From Eledone cirrhosa (Eukaryota), in NCBI GenBank assembly GCA_964016885.1, contig OZ024742.1:152458001-152522000 (forward strand): a stretch of 64,000 bases of DNA, read 5' to 3'. The notes below the pieces were generated by a model. The model worked only from the letters and a program-made list of their open reading frames with translations, did no database searches and had not been told where the DNA came from. The position numbers and the translations under genes were made by a program. Within the stretch, counting starts at the first letter, position 1; each line of letters opens with the position of its first letter. Shown here piece after piece: positions 55,501-64,000 of this stretch.

Positions 55501-58213
55501 GACTACGCAGGTCACTAATTTGTGATCTGTATAGCCAACCGTGAGCATTTCTGGACAGCTTAATATGTCCCTATCCTTACTTCTAACTAAGAATCTATCT
55601 AAGTACGATCTAGATTGACCACTGTGGTTTGTCCGAGTCCAGGTTGGCACAGTTGGAAAATCTAGTCGATATCTATCGACCAAGTTAAAACGGTCGAGTA
55701 ACCCCTTGAGGCTGTTACACCCCCTCTATTAGGACATGCTCCTGCATAGTCCCAACGTTCATCTAGGATGCAGGGAACGCGACGTTCCTAGAAAAGTCTC
55801 CAAACGCTGGAAGAAGTCGGGCCGTTCAGCTCCGAAAGGGGAGTAGACGGCGACCAGTCTCAAGGCCGCACCTTCACTACTGCCAATGTCTAGCACCAAC
55901 AAACGACCCTCTGGGTCCGAGTGAACAACCTGTACGGCGAGACCCAGGTGTTTTTCCAGCAGTACGACAACCCACCCCACCTCCAGGTTGACAGAGAGAT
56001 GCATGCACCTCAAAGTCATCGAAGGTAGGGGCCAGCTGCCGCACGACGCTGATCCGAGTCTCACAGATAACCATTACATTTATACCACGTGACCTGAGGT
56101 CATTTAGAAGCTTTGCTTGCTTCCAAGTTGAGCCCAGGCCACGTGCATTTAAACATCCTACTCTTAACACATCCATGTGGGCGGCAAAGCCAAAGGAGAG
56201 TGTAGAGACCTACCTTTCTGCTCCCCGTGTTTCGAGTCGCACGACTTCCATGGGGTCGGGGGTGTTGGGTGAAGGGGTGTCGTGTGGTGGTTTGGGGTCG
56301 TCAGTGTGTGGTGGGTTGGGGTGTTTGGAGTTGTGTTGGGGAGGGGAAGGGGAGAGGGAAAGATCTTTAGTAGGACGCGGTTTATGGGTTTGACAGAGGG
56401 TGGTCCTACGTCCACCTTAAAATCCTATTTTAGTTTTTGGTAGAGGCACATTGTGATCTTTATTAATTTTAAATGTGGGTAGTTTTCTGAAGAAACAACG
56501 TTTACACCTTCGGTTTGTACCGAAGGATTATTGTTTATGAGTTCATTTAATTTATTATTGTTTCTGTTGAAGTAAGTATAGTGTAATGTCTTTTTTTCGG
56601 ATGGTGTGAGTGTTTCGAAGAGGGGAGGGGCAGGTTTGGTTTTGTTTGTTGCTGGAGGGGTGTTTTGTGTTTTGTTGGATTGTGTTGACATTTGGGTAGG
56701 GGTCGTTTGGCCTTGTGTGTTTTGCACATGTTTTCTTTTTTTCCTTTTAATCTGTCTGAAGGACTCCGTTTCTTCCTCCGAATTTGTTGGGTTATCTTCA
56801 GTGTTGGAGGGAAGAGGTATGTTTGCTGGTAATGTTTCCGTGTTGGTTTTCTTTGTGGGGGAGATGGATGTCACTATGTTAGACTGTGTTGTGTGTTGTG
56901 GCTGCGGTGGTTGTGTTTTTTTATTGAGTGAGGGGTTGGGTGGGACTGTATTTTGTTTTGGGGTAATGCGTTGTGACTGTTTGTGTTGTGGTGGTGGTGT
57001 AGTTTTACTGAGGGACGGGTTGGGTGGGACTGAGTTTTGTTGTTTGTTTATCTGTTGTGGTGGTGGTGGAGCTGGTGTTGGTAGCAGGGTTTTCTTTTTG
57101 TTGAGTTGGGGACAAGTCGCCTTCAGGTGCCCTCTGCCTGCACAGATATGACAGGACGGCCTTCTCCCCTCCACGTTAATGTTTATATACCCGTCGCCCT
57201 CTAATAGGATTCTGTCGGGTATTTGCGTTCAGGCTTCATTTGCACTACAAATTCTATACCTGTTCCATTGAACGCATTGCCTGTGGTTTTCCCAATGGAA
57301 ATCACGTTGTCATTCGCTGGATCGATAAAGCCAGCTATGAGCCAGCAGTAGTCCACATCTGGCATCATTGCATCCAGCCATATGCGCTGAGTTCTTTTAC
57401 CCATATAAGATGGATAAAAGGTAAAATTTGTCGAACGAATCGGTGACAAAGCAGATTTTTTGCCGCCGATTCGTTCTTCATAATAATCGCTAGGCTTCCA
57501 TACAGTCTGTCTCTTCTTATGAAAGTGGTTTCATTAAGTAATTCTGTAAGTACTGCTTTGATTTCTGTTTGTGTTGGCTGTTGAGGTTTTTTAGAAATGT
57601 TGTTGATGGTGCGGAAAACGACCGTCCGACTTTCAATGTCTTTGGTGAGTTCTTGAGGCATTTTTACCGATAAAATACCATTTTCCCCTTGAGTTATGTA
57701 TTGTTTGGCGTCTGTAATTCTTTGTGCCACATCTGAAATATTTTCAGGTATATATGTCAAAGATTTCTTTGTTGTTTGTGCAAAAGAAATATTATTGGTG
57801 TTGACTTTGTCGTCTGCTTTGCTTTCTGTTATGATGTTGTTTTCAAATGTTATTTTTGTGTTTGTCGTGTCTTTGTTTGTGGTATTAATATTGTCATGCA
57901 ATTTTTCAAATTTTTTTTTTCGTTGTTGGAATCAATGTCCAGATTTGTGTTTTCGTCATTTTTCTCCGCAGATTCGTCTGTTTTTATTTTATTTTTTCTT
58001 TCCTTCTCTATGACGTTAGTTGGGAAAGAAGGGGGGACTAAAGCGTGCGAGCTTACAACTCTTACCGCTGTCCCCCCACCACTATTTTCGTTAGCTTCGT
58101 TTAACATTTCTGTCAGACGATTGAAATTTTTTATGCCACAAAATTTTTAAAAACAGGTTTTTCACCCCTGGGAGGGGCAAAGATGAGCTGACCCACCGCC
58201 TGACAGTTCAGAC
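52551..58213 (-). mobile_element. Tx1-clade LINE copy 4 (distinct family), near full length, 3' end in (TA)n
   Basis: ORF1 58107 to ~56210 with CHICAGRGHLKATCP; ORF2 from 56176; tail AATAAAGAAATATATC(TA)n; a poly-C run precedes the 5' end. Confidence 0.9.
52768..56176 (-). pseudogene. Tx1 ORF2 (APE + RT) with several frameshifts; RT block uninterrupted
   Basis: The 616-aa ORF 55396-53546 has KSPGLDG, FRPITLLN, DQSKAFDRV, RQGCPLS, YADD and KLLGV; APE pieces 56176-55408; stop TAG at 52770-52768. Confidence 0.9.
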
Positions 58214-58373
58214 GGGGGGGGGGGGGGGGGTCAAGCTATACAATAGTATCAAAATTAAAATTGAACTTACAACATTTCCGCAATAAATTTGAACAAAACT
58301 TTTGCGCGAAGTGAATTACATCTACGCTGTAGAACAGACGACAGCTAGATTGATATATATATATATATAGATA

Positions 58374-58745
58374 TATTTCTTTATTAGCCACAGGGGCACA
58401 AAAGAAGGGGACAAATACAAAGGGGGAAGTTTACATACAATAAAAACGTGTAAAATGTTATCACAGATGGAATTTAAAAGTTAGTCGATTTTCCCCAATA
58501 GAGGGAGACAGTTTATATGGGTAACACAGACCCCCGAAAAAAATGTGCAACCCTCATCTCCAGGAGTACGAAGAGCTTGTACTCCTTTCCTCTCCTCCTC
58601 CTTTTCCTCAACCTACAGGCTGATATAGAGAGAAGGCCCATTCACTCGGGCCATTCTCGCCACTTTCACCCACCTTTCATAAAACTTGCTGGGGTACAGC
58701 ACCTCTCTCTCCATCCTGATTCTTCTTCCAAAGTGGTATTTGAAA
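58374..58745 (-). mobile_element. Tx1 3'-end fragment (ORF2 tail + 3' UTR)
   Basis: Homologous to 52551-52890; same AATAAAGAAATATATC tail. Confidence 0.8.
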
Positions 58746-58757
58746 AAAAGAATCAGT

Positions 58758-58758
58758 T

Positions 58759-58830
<72 letters not shown>
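58758..58830. repeat. (GATA)n microsatellite
   Basis: Read directly. Confidence 0.97.
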
Positions 58831-58831
<1 letters not shown>

Positions 58832-58960
58832 CTTTCTTTTTATTTGCCATCAGGGCATCAAAGAGTGGGACAAGTACAATGGGGGGAGTTTACATAAAAA
58901 GGCGTCCTCAATAAGGAGGAGGCAATAACAAAATATAAAAATATAAAATATAACAAAAAT
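58832..58960 (-). mobile_element. Short Tx1-type 3' UTR stub ending in (TATC)n
   Basis: Shares the GTAAACTCCCC..TTGTAC..GTCCC..AATAAA.AGAAA terminal motif with the other Tx1 tails. Confidence 0.6.
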
Positions 58961-58998
58961 AAATAGATAAATAGATAAATAGATAGATAGATACATAC

Positions 58999-59065
<67 letters not shown>

Positions 59066-59133
59066 ATTCAAGAGTCTGATAGATAGATAGATAAATATAC
59101 ACGGGTGTGTATGATTGTGTATAGAAGATTATA

Positions 59134-59556
59134 TTAATAAGAGGAATTCCAACATTGTCTGATTTACTCGATTTATTTACAATCCTTTAAATTTTATAAT
59201 GGTATTATAATGTAATAATATGATAGAATATTAAATGTTAATTGAACAAGTACTTTCATTCTTTCGAAATCTTCAGGTTCATAATGTGTGGTGACAGTCA
59301 AGTATGCAATTTTCAACTGTGAAAATTGTTGAAACTTGTTGAAACAGTTGAAAATTGTTGAAATAGTTGAACATTGCAAACTTGACTGTCACCACACATT
59401 ATGAACCTGAAGATTGCGAAAGAATGAAAGTACTTGTTCAATTAACACTTAACATCTAATATTCTATCATATTATTACATTATAATACCATTATAAATTT
59501 TAAAGGATTGTAAATAAAACGAGGAAATCAGACAAAGTTGGAATTCCTCTTATTAA
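59134..59556. repeat. Foldback palindrome, ~190-bp arms, each with a hammerhead-like motif
   Basis: TTAATAAGAGGAATTCCAAC... is mirrored by ...GTTGGAATTCCTCTTATTAA; the spacer is made of TTGAAA repeats. Confidence 0.93.
59402..59440 (+). ncRNA. Hammerhead-like motif (mirror copy at 59243-59281 on -)
   Basis: TGAAC-CTGAAGA-TT(G/T)C GAAA GAAT-GAAA-GTAC-TT-GTTCA; palindromic stem III AGTACT; stem II lacks the canonical G10.1-C11.1 pair. Confidence 0.58.
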
Positions 59557-59574
59557 CATATATATATATATATA

Positions 59575-59630
<56 letters not shown>

Positions 59631-59649
59631 AATTCAGAAACGAAATATA

Positions 59650-59730
<81 letters not shown>

Positions 59731-59732
<2 letters not shown>

Positions 59733-60050
59733 GTTTCTGAATTTGTTTAGCAAGATTCTTTATCTGAAAACGTGTGTTGAAACCGATATTGTTATACTTT
59801 GGGAGGGTCATGTTGCCAATAAAAAACACACGCACCATGCTTTCACTTCAATTTATTATAATAAATTTATACATTTAGGAATTTATAAATTTCCGGTTGG
59901 TTGGTTGGTTCCACAACCACATGCTTGTTTATATATTGTCAAAGTTCTTTCGTCACACATTCTGTGACCTCTTCAGTGACTGGGGATTATTTTCTTTGTT
60001 TTTTGTGCCTCTCCTTTGTTCTGAACAAAGTAGAGGCACAAAAAACAAAA
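59731..60050 (-). mobile_element. Solo Penelope family A pLTR with hammerhead (59938-59980) and a short inverted 5' flap
   Basis: Reverse complement of ~50130-50422; foldback TTTGTTTTTTGTGCCTCT..AGAGGCACAAAAAACAAA at ~59995-60050. Confidence 0.88.
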
Positions 60051-60119
60051 AAAGAATGACATGGATTTAACCCCAAAAACTCATTCCGAGCAATGTAAGG
60101 AACACTTTTGATTATTTAT

Positions 60120-60159
60120 GCCCTTGAGAATCCCAACTGGGCGAAACGTACGTAGGTGC
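60120..60159 (+). ncRNA. Degenerate hammerhead motif, U3-A8 variant
   Basis: GCCC-TTGAGAA-TCCCAACTGGGC-GAAA-CGTACG-TA-GGTGC; palindromic stem III ACGTACGT. Confidence 0.55.
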
Positions 60160-60409
60160 TGTTTTAAATAAACATGTTTTAACGGTCTATTCTCCGATTT
60201 CTTACTTTCCCACGTGCTTACGCTCTGCTAATTCTCTAGCCCACTAAATATTGACACTTCGAATATTTAATACTGCCGGCACTAGTATCGAGCACCTTTG
60301 GCATACGCTACTTGGCAAATAACTATATGTATCACCTATCCTCCTCTTTTTTCTCTCTCTCTCGATACGTAAATACTGTATATATATATGTATATATATA
60401 TGTATATAC

Positions 60410-60524
<115 letters not shown>

Positions 60525-60584
60525 TATATATGTATATATATATGTATATATATATATGTATATATATACGTATATATATATATG

Positions 60585-60615
<31 letters not shown>

Positions 60616-60616
60616 G

Positions 60617-60670
<54 letters not shown>

Positions 60671-60694
60671 TATATACATATATCTATATATCTA

Positions 60695-60759
<65 letters not shown>

Positions 60760-60760
<1 letters not shown>

Positions 60761-62140
60761 GGAGGTGAGTTTTATTGTAGCACAATAAAGCAATACAAAT
60801 ATCGGATAATTACCACTCTACAGTTTGTAGGACTGGAGTGTAAATAATATAAGATCAAAAGATGGTTAAAGAGTTCCAAGTATTTTATTATGCGCATTTC
60901 AAAAATAAATATCATCGTGGATGATATCTGCGTTCTCATCAGATAAAATAGGGATACATGATATGAAGCTTAAAAAACACTTGCGAATAGTGAAGTTTTA
61001 AATCAACATATGACAAATAATTTAAGATTGATGTATGAAATCGGGAAAAAATGAGGGGGCCTTGGAAAAGGTAAGGAAGAGGAGGAGATGAGAGTAAAGA
61101 ATGGTGAGCGAGGAGTATAAGAAGGAAGGATGAGAGAGGAGAGATGGGTGATAGAGAGAGAGACATAGCACTTACAACTGAGAAAAAAATATATATTGTC
61201 TCACAGAGAGAAATTAAAAAGCCGTTAGAAGATAATAGATAATTTAAAAGAATTTGAAATTAAAAGTTAATGAGGTTTATGCATGAAGAGAAAAAGGAAT
61301 TAAGAATAATATTAAGTTAAAGTTTGTATATTGAAGAGTTTAATAATATGTGCGAGGAAAAGAAATTATTAATATGTATTATTCAAATAAAAAATATTGT
61401 TATTAAGGATATAATGTGAAAAGAAAGAGAAGAATGAATGAGTTTGAATTTAGAGGAATTAGCTAGGGTTTAAGTTTGATTGTATGTAATGTAATATGTG
61501 TACGTAATATGTGTACGTAAATAGTTTGTTTAAAAATGAGCGCAGTAGGCAAAGAAGAAAAGAATGTTTAAGGGAGAAAATATCTAACATTAAAAAATAT
61601 ATATGTTTACAAAATATTTTTTAATGGTAATAATATAATATATTAAAAGAAATTAGTTAGGGTTTAAGTTTGTTTTGATTATTGTAATATGTAAAAGTCA
61701 AACGAGCATGAAAGGATGGATAAGATAAGAGAAATTTAAGGAAGAAAAAATCTAACGTAAAAAAAATTTATGTTTACGAAGGACTACTAAAGGTTATACT
61801 ATAATGTATTAAAAAAATAAAATTTGTTATGGCCAATGATATGAGGAAAGATGGAAGAATGGATAATGTTGTGGTGAGTAATAATACGAATTGAGAAGTA
61901 GTTAGGAAGAAAAGGTACAGATTCTGTTATTTTAATAAATGTGAGAAAAACCACAGACCATCCATCTCAACTCACCTTTTGAAAAGCAGAAGAACTGCGA
62001 AACCGGTAAAGGAACCAAATAAATATATATATTTAAAAAAGAAATAAGACTCCAGTTACATTTTCGATTTCATCTCTTTTTCTTTATACATTCACCCGTG
62101 TAGGACACCTCGGTTATTTTTCATTTTGTAAAAAAACCCT
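60760..62140 (+). mobile_element. Probable old Penelope-like 3' remnant (decayed GIY-YIG + long pLTR)
   Basis: [15 protein letters not shown] resembles YIGSTxRxxxxRI; bounded by (TA)n; a clean hammerhead lies near its 3' end. Confidence 0.45.
61975..62012 (+). ncRNA. Minimal type I hammerhead ribozyme, U3-A8 covariant core
   Basis: CCTT-TTGAAAA-GCAG aagaa CTGC-GAAA-CCGG-TA-AAGG; all three stems are perfect; palindromic stem III ACCGGT; cleavage triplet GUA. Confidence 0.75.
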
Positions 62141-62143
62141 CAC

Positions 62144-62240
<97 letters not shown>

Positions 62241-62380
62241 CCCCCTCCCACACACACACATATATATATATGTATATATATATATACATATATACATATA
62301 TACATTTCCGATTATGGGCGGAAAGTTTAAGATTCATTCGCTACAATATCAAACATGAAAATTATATATATATAAATATA

Positions 62381-62875
62381 AGCAAAGCGGTAAGTTCTCC
62401 TGATAACCGCTAACGAGAGAGAAACAGGACTGTCGATTATCCCCTTTTTTTTGCCGAGAATAAGAAAGTGTCATAGTTACTACTTCAAAATGCAGAGCGA
62501 ATGGTCTTCAAAATGTTTTTAATTAAACATACAGTATATTATCAAATATACTATTCATACATTTATATATACATCGCTATTTCTGAGCAGCAATACTAAT
62601 ACCTACAGTAACATTCGCCGGACCGGCAAGCACTCTGTTTAATCAGCTCTTAAATAACTGGAATTCTATAAGAATCCAACTTCTATAATTTCTCTGCACA
62701 AGCAAAGGATTAAGTAGCCTTGATAACCGCTAACGAGAGAAACAGAACTGTCGATTACTCCCCTTTGTTTCTGCCGAGAATAAGTAATTGACATAGTCAC
62801 TACTATAAAATTCATAGCGAATGGTCTTCAAATGTTTTTACTCAAACACGGTATGTTATCAAATATACTATATAT
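62381..62875 (+). repeat. 320-bp unit in ~1.5 diverged tandem copies, with one hammerhead-like motif per unit
   Basis: AGCAAAG at 62381 and 62701; (C/T)TGATAA-CCGCTAACGAGA-GAAA-CAG(G/A)ACTG-TC-GATTA at ~62395-62440 and 62713-62759. Confidence 0.75.
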
Positions 62876-62876
62876 G

Positions 62877-63076
<200 letters not shown>

Positions 63077-64000
63077 CTATTAATGCTTCGTGGTGAAATT
63101 CCTGTCTTTAATGCATTCGAAACTATAGTGATCACCAGAAGTAAGCGGATGAGCGTGAATTGTCCTTGTGTTTGTTTCTTCCGTGTTTTCATACACGTTT
63201 TTAAAATAACATATAATAATATATAACCACTTTGAGGTTTAATATTTGTTTCATTAGACGTAAACATATATGCTTCACTTGTCAGCTGAGATAACAAAAC
63301 TATATATATAATGTGAAGCTTCATACAGAAATTTACATTATATTTCTAGTTATCCTATCACACAATAAGGCACACGTTTTGCTCAAAATGATACACACAC
63401 ATATATATATATTGTACTGTATATATACACATACCCACATGCACACTCACTCTGTCTCTCTCCCACACATACACACACACATATATATATATATATATGT
63501 ATAGTATATAAATGTAGAAAATGTCTTCCAGCTTTAACAATGAGAATCAGGTTGAGGAGGATATGCATAGGAATATGTATTTCTAAGATTGTGCCAGGGT
63601 TTGAAATAATATAGCGTTTCAAAAGATGAGAATATAGGAGGAACGCTGCCATGCGTCAACACACGATAGGTACTTCTAAAATTTACGATATTCAGGAACA
63701 AAAATGTCAAGGTATTATAACTTATGGATGATAAAGAAATTCAAAAAAATATCACAAGTTTCAGAAGAAGATTATTCGTTATTTAAATGATTTAGGGTAG
63801 AACGATCCAGAAATATTCCAATTTCAAAGCCAATACTCATTGAATAGCAAGTCTCTCCAAGTTATGTATATTACTGAGATTTACCCTTTTCTGGTTGAAT
63901 GTTTAGAAAATCTAAAATACGACATGGCATTCGTAAACGTAATGCAACCGATAGAAAGAAGTCCAAATAGTTTGAGGTCAATGAGCAATAAATGATATAA

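Overview
AT-rich metazoan genomic DNA. The SINE types and dense (TA)n/(TTA)n microsatellites suggest a cephalopod mollusc (inference). It is almost all decayed retroelements, with no host gene I can call confidently. (1) 1-30.7 kb is a pile-up of about 12 insertions separated by (TTA)n tracts. R4/Dong-clade non-LTR elements (RT + CCHC + REL endonuclease) are always on the minus strand, while Tx1-clade LINEs (ORF1 zinc knuckle; APE-RT ORF2) and tRNA-type SINEs are always on the plus strand. (2) 30.7-64 kb is a (TA)n-rich zone with Penelope-like elements (RT + GIY-YIG), another Tx1 family, CR1 and CRE fragments, five long foldback palindromes and three short tandem arrays. Main observations: about 12 hammerhead-ribozyme-like motifs from about 7 sequence families, in Penelope pLTRs, in both arms of two foldbacks and once per unit of a 320-bp tandem repeat; a young, hairpin-rich, non-coding 615-bp tandem unit in a (TA)n tract; and a canonical 5' splice-donor motif 37-40 nt upstream of the ORF2 ATG in all four Tx1 copies that retain this junction. 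All structures were read by eye, and element boundaries are approximate.
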